Positions 47,225-57,636 of a stretch of 64,000 bases of DNA are shown here, piece by piece. Position 1 is the stretch's first letter, and each line of letters starts with the position of its first letter. A program made the translations under genes and the position numbers. The notes below the pieces were generated by a model that did no database searches, was not told the origin of the DNA, and saw only the letters and a list, made by a program, of their open reading frames with translations. The stretch comes from Planctomycetota bacterium (GTDB lineage Bacteria > Planctomycetota > Brocadiia > JAADGH01), in the NCBI GenBank assembly GCA_040755855.1, contig JBFMAD010000003.1:64001-128000 (forward strand). Direction: 5' to 3'.

Positions 47225-48244
47225 CTACGGTTTTTTCTCGTCCTTTGCTTTTTTGTCCACCCGAAGTCTCTCCAGCCAGGCCGCCGCCTTTTGAAGGCCC
47301 GGCAGGTCGGGGCCGCTGGGCCAGGCATCAACCAGCCATTGCCAGGCGTCCACGCTTTCTTCGGCCTGGCGAATTGCATCGTCAACCCTTCCCGCGTCGG
47401 ACGCCTCCTTGGATTCAATGAACCGCTCGACGGCCTGGAGTCGCTTCCTGGCTTCTTTCATGCGGTCCAGATTTATGTCCAGCTTCGGATCGTGGCTTGG
47501 GTTGAACTGCGCAGCCCACTGCCATTTTTCGATGGCGCGGCCGGCCACGGACCGCGCCGTGGGCAGGTCGCCATCCACGAAGGCCTGCGTCGTCCATCGG
47601 TCGAGCGTATGGGTGATCTGCCGCCGCCAGATGTCCTTCGCCCCCTCGCCGAGTTCCTCAAACTCCTTGCTGACCACTGCCTTTTCGAGCCACTCGATGG
47701 CCGCGTCAAAGTTGGTCCTGCCCTTCGTCTCCAGAAACTTCCGCCGAAGGTACTCGGCCTCGCCGAATGTCCTGTCGTCGAAGCGGTGCCAGAGCATGAA
47801 CCCGATGTCTTTGTCGAAGTATCCGTTGTCCGGGACGCGCTTCGCCGCGACTTCGGTGTATTCCACCCCAAGTTTAATCAAGTTCCATTTGTCCTCGACG
47901 GCCTCCACTTCGTAAGGCAGATTATACATGATATTCCAAATAAGATAATGCCAAACATCGGCCAGGTCCGGCTGCAGCCGCGTGATCTGGCCGTACTTGG
48001 CCACAGCTTCGTCGAGGCGGCCTTTCTCCTGCAGGTTGCTGGCCTGCATCCAGAACACATCCACCACCATGGCGCGAAATCCCACGAGCATAAGTTGGGC
48101 GGCGCTCTCCATGGTGGGGAGGGGCGGCGCCCCGCTCGGGCCGGCTTCCTGCAGGGCGGTTAGCGCCGCCTGCGCGCCGTACAACGCCGCCAGCAGAACC
48201 ACGAACGCCACAGCCAACGCCACTCGTTTTCTCGATCCGGTCAT
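47225..48244 (-). CDS. Membrane-anchored helical (TPR-like) protein, so-called IRE-like partner of the ABC module
   Basis: N-terminal TM; GFRAM..D..W, LQP...VW....WN..YN pattern; starts 1 nt after the permease stop. Confidence 0.6.
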   Translation of the reverse strand: MTGSRKRVALAVAFVVLLAALYGAQAALTALQEAGPSGAPPLPTMESAAQLMLVGFRAMVVDVFWMQASNLQEKGRLDEAVAKYGQITRLQPDLADVWHYLIWNIMYNLPYEVEAVEDKWNLIKLGVEYTEVAAKRVPDNGYFDKDIGFMLWHRFDDRTFGEAEYLRRKFLETKGRTNFDAAIEWLEKAVVSKEFEELGEGAKDIWRRQITHTLDRWTTQAFVDGDLPTARSVAGRAIEKWQWAAQFNPSHDPKLDINLDRMKEARKRLQAVERFIESKEASDAGRVDDAIRQAEESVDAWQWLVDAWPSGPDLPGLQKAAAWLERLRVDKKAKDEKKP

Positions 48245-48245
48245 C

Positions 48246-50366
48246 TTACTCCATTTCCCTCCGTCGGAAAAGGAGATAAGCGATGACAAAGGCAATGGCC
48301 ACGTACGCCGCCGAATACTGTATTGCCCCGAGGACCGTAATGCCGCGGATGGCGCGGTTGTCAATCACCTCCTGCGCCACATCAAACCTTCGAAAGTCCG
48401 GAAGGATGTAACTCAGGAACCCCAACACCACCTGAACGACGGTATTAAACGCCCTTTCGATCCACGGAATCTTGTGAATATAGTCGGCGCCATGGTGTTC
48501 CACCGGGGTTAAGATATACGCCGCGTCGCGCATAATGTCAATGATATGTCCGCAGAAGAAAATGAAGAACGAGAGGAGCGTGCTCACGGGCCACGACAGC
48601 GAGGTGGACCCGGCGACGGCGATGGCGGTGATGAGGACCAACTGAAAGAAGATAACCCCCAGGGCAGTGAAGAAGTTGAGATCGTAGCTTCCGGGTTGTG
48701 CATATAACACAAAACAGTTCTCGAACGGTATTCCGAGAACGGAATGGTGTTCCTTGCGCAAAATGTGAATGTCGAGTCGGCCGCGCGCATCAATCAGCCC
48801 TCGATCAAATCCGATCTCCACCGGCTTTGCGGGCACTAAGTAGCGGTCCGCGCGAACGGCATGCATCTCCTTCTCCTCGGCCACATCGGGCGATGAGGGG
48901 TTCTCAAGCCGCAGGTGCACATCAATTTCGCGATCTCGTCCGATCTTGAAGCGTCCCTCCGCACTTGCCCGGTCCTTCGGAAGGGAGGCGAGTGGGAGGT
49001 CATCAAATCGCCATATCGCCGTCCGTTCCAGGGCGCGCGAAATCCAGTAGGAGTCCCTCGTCGCCGTCAGGCCGTACCCTTCGGGAAGGACGCGGTCTGC
49101 CTCCACATCCTCGCCCCAGATCACCAGCTTGACCCCATCTTTGGCGATCCGGTAGGAATCCCCGATCTCCTCCGGCAGGACCGATACATCGAGGAGGCCG
49201 CTGAAGTCATGTTTTGCACGGGCGGCGGCAAAGGGATCAACGATGGGGATGTCAATCGGCTTGCCGTCCTCAACCGCAACGTCATGCCTCGGCCCCACCC
49301 CCTCTCGCACACTGACGCGGACACAGGCTGCCATGGCCTTTCTGCCGGCGCCCGGCGCGACGTGGAGCCGAAGCCGAATGGCCGCCTTTTCCTTCGGGTC
49401 CAGGAGGGGAAGATCGGCGAAACGCCACGTGGCCCAGCTATTCGTCCGGCGCTCCACGTGTTGAGGCTTGTAGTCCGTCTTCGCGGCGGTCACGGTAATC
49501 GAGGCGGGGTCGGCCTCGATGAAATCCCGACCGTTGAATGGGGCGGCAATGGCTTCGAGTTGGCCCTTGACCACAAATCCCCCGGCCAGGTCGGTGACGA
49601 CTTCCTGGTTCGCACGGCTGTCGTCAATCGTGTAATAGACCGAATTGCCGTCCGCATTGCGGAACTCGACGTCCACCCGTATGGGCCGTGCGCCATCCGC
49701 CGCCTTGCACTTGAACCGCATCTTGACGATAGCCCGCTCTTCTCGGGTCAATTCGGGCAAGCCGCCGAAGGTCCATTTCAACGTGCTGCCGGGCTCATGC
49801 ACAATCCAGGTCCCGTCATCGCGCTTTTCCACGCCGGCGCCATAGACCTCGAGCGTCCCTTTGGAGATGGTCCGCCGCGCCTCGAGGACGGTATCCCGCC
49901 CCACCCACCGGATGAGCATGAGACTAAAGACCCCCATGAGCAAGAGGATCGTCAGACAGACCATCGAGAAGCCGAGGATTTTCCCTGCGAGATAGGAGGA
50001 ACGGCGGACCGGCTTGGTCATCACCGAGTAGATCGTCCTCTCGGCAAGGTCCTCCGGAATGCCGCGCGCACCGAGGAGGATGGCCACCACCATTCCGAAA
50101 ACGGTCAACGCCCACAGGCACGACTGGCTTACGATCCGGACGCGGCCTGTCTCACGAAACACGGTTGAGAAGAGCGACGTGCAGACGACGACGATCATGA
50201 ACAGGAGGGGCACAAGGAGGATGCGCTGACGCAGGGACTCGATGAAGGTGTGCCGGGCCAAAGCGACCACGCGACGGCGGTCGCTAAAGAGGGCGACGAG
50301 AAACCAGACGTAAAAGGCCGCGACGCATGCCCCAAGGCCATATTTCAACACCGCCGCATCAGGCAT
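48246..50366 (-). CDS. ABC-2-type permease with a very large extracytoplasmic insertion
   Basis: [29 protein letters not shown] clusters at both ends; LFRRREM end. Confidence 0.8.
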   Translation of the reverse strand: MPDAAVLKYGLGACVAAFYVWFLVALFSDRRRVVALARHTFIESLRQRILLVPLLFMIVVVCTSLFSTVFRETGRVRIVSQSCLWALTVFGMVVAILLGARGIPEDLAERTIYSVMTKPVRRSSYLAGKILGFSMVCLTILLLMGVFSLMLIRWVGRDTVLEARRTISKGTLEVYGAGVEKRDDGTWIVHEPGSTLKWTFGGLPELTREERAIVKMRFKCKAADGARPIRVDVEFRNADGNSVYYTIDDSRANQEVVTDLAGGFVVKGQLEAIAAPFNGRDFIEADPASITVTAAKTDYKPQHVERRTNSWATWRFADLPLLDPKEKAAIRLRLHVAPGAGRKAMAACVRVSVREGVGPRHDVAVEDGKPIDIPIVDPFAAARAKHDFSGLLDVSVLPEEIGDSYRIAKDGVKLVIWGEDVEADRVLPEGYGLTATRDSYWISRALERTAIWRFDDLPLASLPKDRASAEGRFKIGRDREIDVHLRLENPSSPDVAEEKEMHAVRADRYLVPAKPVEIGFDRGLIDARGRLDIHILRKEHHSVLGIPFENCFVLYAQPGSYDLNFFTALGVIFFQLVLITAIAVAGSTSLSWPVSTLLSFFIFFCGHIIDIMRDAAYILTPVEHHGADYIHKIPWIERAFNTVVQVVLGFLSYILPDFRRFDVAQEVIDNRAIRGITVLGAIQYSAAYVAIAFVIAYLLFRRREME

Positions 50367-51222
50367 CTTTCTTTTTCCTGCCCACCGTATGGAGGAAGAG
50401 GTCTTCGAGCGTCGTGGTGGGATGTCCCATGGAGATGATCTCCGCGTTGCTCTGCCTGATCGCGTCCTCGACCCTGCCCCAGGAATCCTTGGGCAGGTTT
50501 TTCGCCAGGATCTCGACGGTGTCCTGAACGGTCAGCAGTTCCTTCATCGGCCCCACCACCTGGAGGACGCCCCCGTCGAGGATGGCGATGCGGTCGCACA
50601 CGTCTTGCACATCGGCCAGTAGGTGCGAGCAGAGCACGACCGTCTTGCCTTCGTTCTTGAGCTTGAGGACCAGGTCCTTCATCTCCCGGTTGCCGATGGG
50701 GTCGAGACCGCTGGTGGGTTCGTCCAGGAGGATCAGCTTTGGGTCGTTGATGAGGGCCTGGGCCAGGCCGATGCGCCGCGACATGCCTTTCGAGTAGCCG
50801 CGCAGGGGGCGCTTTCGGGCCTCGTGCAGGCCCACCATGCAGATCAGCTCATCGCTTCGCTTAGCAATGGTTTCACGCGGTATCTCAAATAGCCTGCCGT
50901 AGAAGCGAAGGGTCTCTTCCGCATTGAGGAATCGGTAGAAATACGACTCCTCGGGCAGAAAACCGATCTGCATCTTGGCCGAGACATCGTTCGGCGGCGC
51001 GCCCAGGACCTCAATCGCGCCGGAGGTGGGAAACAGCAGGCCCAGGAGCAGCTTCATCGTGGTGGACTTGCCCGATCCGTTAGGCCCGAGAAGCCCGAAC
51101 ACCTCCCCCTGGTAGATCTCGAGGTCCAATTTGTCCACGGCGACCACGCGCTGCCGCCGGAATAATCCGAGGTCGAATACCTTTGTCAGTTTTTCGGTCT
51201 TGACAACAATTTCCTTGGGCAT
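50359..51222 (-). CDS. ABC transporter ATP-binding protein
   Basis: [26 protein letters not shown]. Confidence 0.95.
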   Translation of the reverse strand: MPKEIVVKTEKLTKVFDLGLFRRQRVVAVDKLDLEIYQGEVFGLLGPNGSGKSTTMKLLLGLLFPTSGAIEVLGAPPNDVSAKMQIGFLPEESYFYRFLNAEETLRFYGRLFEIPRETIAKRSDELICMVGLHEARKRPLRGYSKGMSRRIGLAQALINDPKLILLDEPTSGLDPIGNREMKDLVLKLKNEGKTVVLCSHLLADVQDVCDRIAILDGGVLQVVGPMKELLTVQDTVEILAKNLPKDSWGRVEDAIRQSNAEIISMGHPTTTLEDLFLHTVGRKKKDA

Positions 51223-51355
51223 ATCTCAACCTGACACGTTGCTGTTCGGGAGTCCGTTGCCCGCTAAAAGCGATGCAGACAAAGCATCATAAGCCCCCCC
51301 GCGTTTTCTTTCAAGACAAAAATGGATCACCTTTCATAGCGTAAACTGCAGGGCG

Positions 51356-51384
51356 TTGACAAGGCATCGAGAATGTCTTAGTAT
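51356..51384 (+). promoter_or_regulatory. Putative sigma-70 promoter
   Basis: TTGACA-17bp-TAGTAT upstream of the FAD oxidoreductase. Confidence 0.55.
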
Positions 51385-51421
51385 CCTATTCTGTGTCCGG
51401 GGGACATGGAGAGGAACCTGC

Positions 51422-52846
51422 ATGAAGTCCTGGTTTTTCGCGGTAGTTGTTGCAGTGCTCCATGCGATTTCATTATGGAAGCATCTCGAATTGGCGGCGA
51501 ACGATTTGCATACGGACGTCTGTGTGTTGGGAGGGGGCAGCGGCGGGATCGGCGCCGCGCTGGCCGCCTCGCGGTACGGCGCGAGTGTGGTCCTGGTCGA
51601 GCGCATGGGCCGCCTCGGCGGGACCAGCACCAATGCCTATGTCTGCAACTGGGAACCGGGACCGGGGGATGCCTTCGCCCGGGAAATGTACGACCGGCTG
51701 CAGCAGATGAACGCCGTCACAATTGTGAGCGACCACAATCCCGACCGGAGCAAAGGCCGTTTCGGTCTGTGGCTTCCCACGGCGGGGGCGAGGTATGAGG
51801 ACACCCTGCGCCGATGGGGACGCCCGCGGACGGATTGGCGCGCCATTGTCTTTGACCCTAACGCCTTGGCCAGGGTTGCACTTGAACTGCTGGAGGAGAC
51901 AGGGAAGTGCCGTGTGCTTCTGAATACGACGTATCAGGAGGCGCACGCCGAAGGGAACCGGGTCCTTTCGATCAAGGCGCGGCCGGATGATGGAACGGAG
52001 TATGATATCCATGCCAAGGTCTTTATTGACTGCACCGGGGGCGTGCATCTCTGTCGCGACATCGGGTGCGAGACCATGCTTGGTCCTGAGCCGGCGAGCA
52101 AGTTCAACGAACCATCGGCCCCCGAGCAGCCGGATAAAACGCTGAACGCGATTTCTCTTTGCTATCGAATCCGCGAGAGCGAGAATCCAAAGCAGGCCAT
52201 CGAGCCGAACCCGCCAGTGGAGACATGGCCCCGCTCCGCGCACGTCTCCGGCCTGCCGAACGGAGATCGTATAGTGAACACGCTGGCGCTGCTGCCAGGA
52301 TGGACGGTCTTCGACATGGGATATGAGAAGGCGATGGACGAGGCCAAACGCCGCGCCCAAGCGCATTGGCGCTGGCTCCAGGGCCATGATGCATTTTCTG
52401 GGTACGAGTTCGACAGCTTCGCCCCGACGCTGGGGATTCGTGAGAGTCACCGGGTCGTGGGAGAATATGTGCTGACGCAGCACGACCTCCTGGCGGGCCT
52501 GCCGAAGCAGACCCACCGGGACGTCATCGCCGTCGCCGATCACGCCATGGACGTGCACGGGGAGGGCGGTCGGCGGGTGCATGGGGAGCTGAAGGCGCCT
52601 TATGGTATCCCCTATCGCTGCCTGATCCCGATGGGATGGACGAACCTGCTTGCGGCCTGCCGGGGCGCAAGCTTCAGCCACATTGCGGCATCGAGCTGTC
52701 GCTTATCGCGAACCATAATAGCTCTGGGGCACGCGGCGGGCCTGGCGGCTGCGACGGCGGCGAAGGAAGGAATAACAGTGGGGGCGGTTGACGTGCGCAC
52801 GCTTCAGAGGGAACTGGGCATGCCGCTGGCGGCCTGGGAGCAATAA
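51422..52846 (+). CDS. FAD-dependent oxidoreductase (FAD_oxidored family)
   Basis: DVCVLGGGSGG, LGGTST, FIDCTG, GIRESHR, YGIPYRCLIP. Confidence 0.88.
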   Translation: MKSWFFAVVVAVLHAISLWKHLELAANDLHTDVCVLGGGSGGIGAALAASRYGASVVLVERMGRLGGTSTNAYVCNWEPGPGDAFAREMYDRLQQMNAVTIVSDHNPDRSKGRFGLWLPTAGARYEDTLRRWGRPRTDWRAIVFDPNALARVALELLEETGKCRVLLNTTYQEAHAEGNRVLSIKARPDDGTEYDIHAKVFIDCTGGVHLCRDIGCETMLGPEPASKFNEPSAPEQPDKTLNAISLCYRIRESENPKQAIEPNPPVETWPRSAHVSGLPNGDRIVNTLALLPGWTVFDMGYEKAMDEAKRRAQAHWRWLQGHDAFSGYEFDSFAPTLGIRESHRVVGEYVLTQHDLLAGLPKQTHRDVIAVADHAMDVHGEGGRRVHGELKAPYGIPYRCLIPMGWTNLLAACRGASFSHIAASSCRLSRTIIALGHAAGLAAATAAKEGITVGAVDVRTLQRELGMPLAAWEQ

Positions 52847-52893
52847 GACCGCCGTCAGTTACGATGGGGCGTGGATTTTTCGTCAATAGGTAG

Positions 52894-52922
52894 TTGCGTT
52901 TGAGCGGGCCGTGTGCTATGCT
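52894..52922 (+). promoter_or_regulatory. Putative extended -10 sigma-70 promoter of the HTH/dual-OB/DUF488 module
   Basis: TTGCGT-17bp-TATGCT with a TG extension. Confidence 0.45.
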
Positions 52923-53039
52923 ACGGCCTTTCACACTTCGTATTGTATTATGGTATCAAATGGTTTTCGCGTTGCTCCGAGGACTTTCCGGGAGGAGCGG
53001 CGCGAAGGGGATTGACCCGCAGGGGACAAAGGAGGGCCT

Positions 53040-53357
53040 ATGGCGCGTAATATGGAGGACGACATCTTCACGCCGGAGGAAGCGGCGGAGATGCTCGGTG
53101 TAAAGCTGATGACCCTGTACCAGTGGGTGCATCGCAAAAAAATCAAATGCTTCCGCATCGGCTACGGTCAGCAGAGGATTCGCTTTCGGCGACATGAGGT
53201 GGAGTCGCTCGTGGATAAGCGCGGCGCCGCGGCGACGGAGAAGGCCGAGGGCAAGGGGACCAAGATAAAGACGAAAAAATCCGTCACGGCCAAACGAAAT
53301 AGGATTGACATCGAGGCGGCGGTCAAGGAGTCGCTGGAGTCGAAGAAGAGGAAGTAG
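53040..53357 (+). CDS. Excisionase-like (HTH_17) DNA-binding protein
   Basis: FTPEEAAEMLGV...TLYQWV....I...RIG....RF; basic tail; GGAGG SD. Confidence 0.85.
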   Translation: MARNMEDDIFTPEEAAEMLGVKLMTLYQWVHRKKIKCFRIGYGQQRIRFRRHEVESLVDKRGAAATEKAEGKGTKIKTKKSVTAKRNRIDIEAAVKESLESKKRK

Positions 53358-53418
53358 CGGATCGGGATTGCGCCTCCTGCGCGATGCTTCGATGCGGCCT
53401 GCAGATAGGGGGAAGGAC

Positions 53419-54093
53419 ATGCCTTTTTGGAAAGAGATTGTATGCCTGGCCAATTCCCGGAAATGGTCCGGCCGTTGCGTGGCGGGAAAAGATCTCGCGC
53501 ATGACGCACTTGGCCGGTGGATCCGACCGGTGAGTCGGCGCGGGTACGGCGAGCTTTCCCTGGGAGATATGTGCTTCGAGAAAGGCGGCATACCCCAACT
53601 CCTGGACATCATCGCCGTGCCGTTGCGGGACCATGCTCCCCACTTGTTTCAGACCGAAAACTACCTTGTTGATCATGCCCGGCAGTGGCGGAAGTCCGGC
53701 AGGCTCGACGCCTCGCCGCTGGCGAATCTGTGCGACCCGGTCGCGTCGTTGTGGATCAACGGGTGCCACAGCTACAACGGCCAGAACGACCGAGTTCCGC
53801 AGGCGGCGGCGGAGAAAGAGGCGGCTCACTCCCTGGTTCTGATCAAGCCGCAACTGTTGGGGTTCCGTGTGCAGCAAATTAAGAGCAAGCGCGAGGTTCG
53901 CGCGGAGTTCGGGTTTCACGGCGACCACTACCGGCTGAAGGTAACCCATCCCGAAGTGGAAGACCAATACGTCATGCGCAAGGATGGTCTTTATCCCGTA
54001 CAGAAGGACGATGTTTACCTTTGTGTCAGCCTGGGCGCGCCCTACCAGCAATACTGTTACAAGCTCGTCGCGGCCGTCATCGGTCTCTTGTGA
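53419..54093 (+). CDS. Dual OB-fold domain protein
   Basis: IVCLANSRK..GRCVAGK, WIRPVS, Q.ENY, LKVT.P, VSLG....CYKLVAAVI. Confidence 0.8.
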   Translation: MPFWKEIVCLANSRKWSGRCVAGKDLAHDALGRWIRPVSRRGYGELSLGDMCFEKGGIPQLLDIIAVPLRDHAPHLFQTENYLVDHARQWRKSGRLDASPLANLCDPVASLWINGCHSYNGQNDRVPQAAAEKEAAHSLVLIKPQLLGFRVQQIKSKREVRAEFGFHGDHYRLKVTHPEVEDQYVMRKDGLYPVQKDDVYLCVSLGAPYQQYCYKLVAAVIGLL

Positions 54094-54110
54094 TTTGACA
54101 GGAAGCGTGT

Positions 54111-54713
54111 GTGAAGGCGGAGCTCTATACCATCGGCCATTCGACGCATTCCATTGAGGAGTTTATCGGATTGCTTCGTCGGCATGAAGTGGGTGCAGTC
54201 TGCGACGTCCGGTCCCAACCGTACAGCCAGCACACCCCTCAGTTCAATCGCGAAGTCATCGAGAACCAGTTGGCCAGGCATGGCATCGCGTACATATTCC
54301 TCGGAGACCAACTCGGCGCAAGGAGCGACGATCCCGGCTGCTACGTCCAGGGAAAGCTTTTGTTCGATCGCCTTGCGAAGACGGATATATTTCAGCGCGG
54401 CATCGCGCGGCTGCGCGAGCAGATGGCCGCCTGCCGCGCGGCCCTGATGTGCGCGGAGAAGGACCCGCTCGCATGTCATCGGATGATTCTGATCTGTCGC
54501 TATCTTCGATCGGATAACGTCGAGATACGGCACATCCTGGAAAACGGCGAGATCGAGAAACATCGTGATACGGAAAAGCGATTGCTCCGATTGTTGAAGA
54601 TACCGGAAGAGAACCTGTTTGAGAGCCTTGACGATCTGATTCAACGCGCCTACGATCGTCAAGGCCAAAAAATGGCGGCCAGTGAAGATGCGGACAGAGC
54701 GCTTGAGCCATGA
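54111..54713 (+). CDS. DUF488-family protein (long form)
   Basis: LYTIGHS, DVRSQPYS, FNRE, LMCAEKDPLACHR. Confidence 0.9.
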   Translation: MKAELYTIGHSTHSIEEFIGLLRRHEVGAVCDVRSQPYSQHTPQFNREVIENQLARHGIAYIFLGDQLGARSDDPGCYVQGKLLFDRLAKTDIFQRGIARLREQMAACRAALMCAEKDPLACHRMILICRYLRSDNVEIRHILENGEIEKHRDTEKRLLRLLKIPEENLFESLDDLIQRAYDRQGQKMAASEDADRALEP

Positions 54714-54723
54714 ACGGAAGGCG

Positions 54724-55170
54724 ATGAGCAAGATGCGAATCTTTACCATCGGGTTCACCAAAAAATCCGCTGAAGAATTCTTCACAAAGCTTTGCACCGC
54801 GGGAGTGAAGCGTGTCATTGACGCGCGGCTGAAGAACACGTCGCACCTTGCCGGGTTCGCCAAGAGGGACGATCTGCGCTACTTTCTCCGGGCTGTATGC
54901 AATATGGACTATGTGGAGATGCCCGACCTCGCCCCGACGGCGGAGATGGTTGACCAGTACAAGAAACAGAAGGGCGAGTGGTCCGAATATGAGCGGCAAT
55001 TCCTCGAATTGATCTCCGAGCGAAAAATTGACGAGACGATCTCAAGGGAACTGCTGGACGGGGCGTGTCTGCTGTGCAGCGAAGACGAGCCGGATCACTG
55101 CCACCGCCGCCTTCTCGCGGAATACCTGAGCGAGAAATGGGGCGGCGTCGAAATCATCCACATCGTCTGA
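54724..55170 (+). CDS. DUF488-family protein (short form)
   Basis: IFTIGFTKKSAEEFF, D.RL.N.S.LAGFAK, LAPT, LLCSEDEPDHCHRRL. Confidence 0.9.
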   Translation: MSKMRIFTIGFTKKSAEEFFTKLCTAGVKRVIDARLKNTSHLAGFAKRDDLRYFLRAVCNMDYVEMPDLAPTAEMVDQYKKQKGEWSEYERQFLELISERKIDETISRELLDGACLLCSEDEPDHCHRRLLAEYLSEKWGGVEIIHIV

Positions 55171-55194
55171 GCCTCGACTGCCTCCGAGCGCCTT

Positions 55195-57291
55195 TCATCC
55201 CACGTTGATCAAGTCCAGCCGGTCCCGGAATTTGATCCGCACCTGTTGCAGGATCGCTTGGTGTCCCGGTGCAGAGAGGGTAGGGTCGCTGTCAACAAGG
55301 GCGAAGGCGTCCTTACGGGCGAACTGGAGCAGGTCGAAGTCCTCGATGATGTCGCCCACCTTGAACTCCGGCAGGCCGTGCTGCCGCGTGCCGAAGAACT
55401 CGCCGGGGCCGCGGATGCGCAGGTCCTCCTCGGCAATCTTGAACCCGTTCGATGTCCGCGACATGATCATCAGCCGCCGCTCGGCGGTCTCGCTTTTCGG
55501 CTCGCCGAAGAGGAGGCAATAGGACTTGTGCGCTCCGCGGCCGATCCGCCCGCGGAGCTGGTGGAGCTGGGCAAGACCGAAGCGCTCGGCGTGCTCGACC
55601 ACCATGATCGAGGCGTTCGGGATGTCGATGCCCACCTCGATCACGATCGTCGAGACGAGGATGTGGTAGCCGCCGTCGCGGAAGCGCCGCATGACCTGGT
55701 CCTTCTCGTCCGACTTCATCCGGCCGTGCAGCAGTCCCACGCGAAAGTCCGGGAAAATTTTTTTCTGCAGGAATCGCGCCCCTTCCGTGGCGGCCTTGAG
55801 GTCGAGCTTCTCGGATTCCTCGACGAGGGGATAGACGATGAACGCCTGCCGGCCCTCGCGGAGTTTTTCTCGGATAAACTTGTAGGCATCCTGAAGGTGT
55901 GTCTTGTTCACCCACCGCGTCGCCACCGGCTGCCGGCCGGGCGGCAGCTCCTCGATGGTCGAAACGTCGAGGTCGCCGAACACCGTGAGCGACAGCGTTC
56001 GGGGGATCGGCGTGGCGGTCATCACCAGCACGTCGGGCGACAGCCCCTTGCGCCGGAGTTTCTGGCGCTGGATGACGCCGAATTTGTGTTGCTCGTCCAC
56101 CACCACCAGCCCCAGGTCCTTGAACTCGACGTCCCCTTCGATCAGGGCGTGCGTCCCGACGACGAGGTCGACCTTGCCCGCGGCGATGCCATCCAGCGTC
56201 TCCCGCCGCTCCTTCTGCGTCAGGCCGCCGGCCAAGAGGGCGATGCGAACGCGGGAGTTCCGCAGGTAGCGCATGACGGTCTGGTAGTGCTGCTCGGCCA
56301 GGATTTCCGTGGGGGCCATGATTGCGGCTTGCTTCTTATTCGCAATGGCGACGAGCATGGCATAGAGGGCCACTACGGTCTTCCCCGATCCGACGTCGCC
56401 CTGCAAGAGGCGGTTCATCGGGCTGGGGCTCTCCATGTCCGCCCGAATCTCCTGGATCGCCTGCTCCTGGCCCTTCGTCAGTTGGAAGGGAAACCGCGCG
56501 CGGATGTGCTCGTCAATCTTCGGTGTGATCTCGAACGCGATGCCCTGCTGGTCTTCCTTGATCCCGCGCCGCCGCAGCGCCATGCCGACTTCGAACAGGA
56601 AGAACTCGTCGTACTTCAGCCGCCTCTGGGCCGACAGCGCCTCCTCCTGGGTCTCCGGGTAGTGCACGGCGCGGAGGGCGTGCTTCAGCGACATCAGCCG
56701 CCGCTCCGTCTGGAAGGATTCGTCGTAGAAATCCTCTACGGCATCCACATACTCGTCCACGGCCTCTTTGATGATCCGGCGGATTCGCGCCTCGCCGATT
56801 CCCTGCGTCAGCGGGTAGATCGGGACGATCCGGTTCGTGTGAATGTGCTCGTCCTCCCCCTCCATCTCCTCGGGCCGTTCGTAGTGTGGCGAGACCATCT
56901 GCGCGCGGCGGTAAAGCGTCACCTTGCCCGAGGCGATGATCTCGGTCCCCTCCTTGAATTGCTCCTCGATGCCGGTGCGATGGCCGAAGAACTTCAGGAG
57001 CAGCTCACCGGTCCCATCGCTGATGATCGCCTCGAAGACAGGCACGCGGCGGCGCGTCTTATACTGCCGGGTGAGTTTGACCTTCCCGCGAACGGTGTGA
57101 AATGCGTCAATCTTCACCTTCTCGATGGGAACGATCTGCGAGCGGTCCTGATACCCGCGCGGCAGGTGATAGAACAGATCCGCGACCGTGCGTATGTCAA
57201 GCTTCTGCAGCGTCTTGGCCAGCTTCGGCCCGACGCCCTTGACATACTGCACTTCCCGACTCAACGGACTATGTATCGGGTAGCCAGCCAT
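55195..57291 (-). CDS. recG: ATP-dependent DNA helicase RecG
   Basis: KGVGPK, QGDVGSGKT, DEQH, TATPIPRT, QLHQLRGRIGRG, GTRQHG. Confidence 0.98.
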   Translation of the reverse strand: MAGYPIHSPLSREVQYVKGVGPKLAKTLQKLDIRTVADLFYHLPRGYQDRSQIVPIEKVKIDAFHTVRGKVKLTRQYKTRRRVPVFEAIISDGTGELLLKFFGHRTGIEEQFKEGTEIIASGKVTLYRRAQMVSPHYERPEEMEGEDEHIHTNRIVPIYPLTQGIGEARIRRIIKEAVDEYVDAVEDFYDESFQTERRLMSLKHALRAVHYPETQEEALSAQRRLKYDEFFLFEVGMALRRRGIKEDQQGIAFEITPKIDEHIRARFPFQLTKGQEQAIQEIRADMESPSPMNRLLQGDVGSGKTVVALYAMLVAIANKKQAAIMAPTEILAEQHYQTVMRYLRNSRVRIALLAGGLTQKERRETLDGIAAGKVDLVVGTHALIEGDVEFKDLGLVVVDEQHKFGVIQRQKLRRKGLSPDVLVMTATPIPRTLSLTVFGDLDVSTIEELPPGRQPVATRWVNKTHLQDAYKFIREKLREGRQAFIVYPLVEESEKLDLKAATEGARFLQKKIFPDFRVGLLHGRMKSDEKDQVMRRFRDGGYHILVSTIVIEVGIDIPNASIMVVEHAERFGLAQLHQLRGRIGRGAHKSYCLLFGEPKSETAERRLMIMSRTSNGFKIAEEDLRIRGPGEFFGTRQHGLPEFKVGDIIEDFDLLQFARKDAFALVDSDPTLSAPGHQAILQQVRIKFRDRLDLINVG

Positions 57292-57320
57292 CGGCGACCT
57301 TCGCAACAACTACCTTCAGG

Positions 57321-57538
57321 ACATTAGAACCTCACGCCGTAACATGATGCCAATTTATGTCCATGTTTCCAGGGCAAAATTCACATTGGACACATAATAC
57401 CACCCTTTCTGTCTTCAGAAAGGGTGGTATCCACAGAAAGGAATTTCAGGTGGTGAAATAGCCTCTCATCGGCGGGAGGATGCTCGATCTCACGGGAAAA
57501 AATGTGTCCAATGTGAATTTTGCCCTTGGGTTGCGGGC
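57321..57538. mobile_element. 218-bp nested-hairpin repeat element, copy 2
   Basis: 25-bp inverted repeat 57371-57395/57502-57526; inner hairpin 57397-57430; gap-free match to 23059-23276. Confidence 0.8.
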
Positions 57539-57551
57539 ATCTCCCGCTTGG

Positions 57552-57621
57552 GTCGTCCTGAGCGAAGCGAAGGATCTCAATCTTGCGCATGGTCGAGATT
57601 CTTCGCTACGCTCAGAATGAC
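57552..57621. repeat. Palindromic extragenic repeat GTC.TCCTGAGCGAAGCGAAGGATCT...AGATTCTTCGCTACGCTCAGAATGAC
   Basis: Imperfect inverted repeat of a widespread REP-like type, directly downstream of ccsA. Confidence 0.7.
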
Positions 57622-57636
57622 AACTCCTACGACTCG

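Noticed and set aside
53040..53357. Excisionase as evidence of a prophage or ICE
   Set aside because: No integrase, att-like repeats, tRNA or phage genes nearby; more likely a stand-alone regulator.
55246..57327. Long antisense ORFs opposite recG (also opposite aspS, clpB, hppA and the 1360-aa gene)
   Set aside because: Expected stop-poor antisense frames in high-GC coding DNA; no recognisable motifs.
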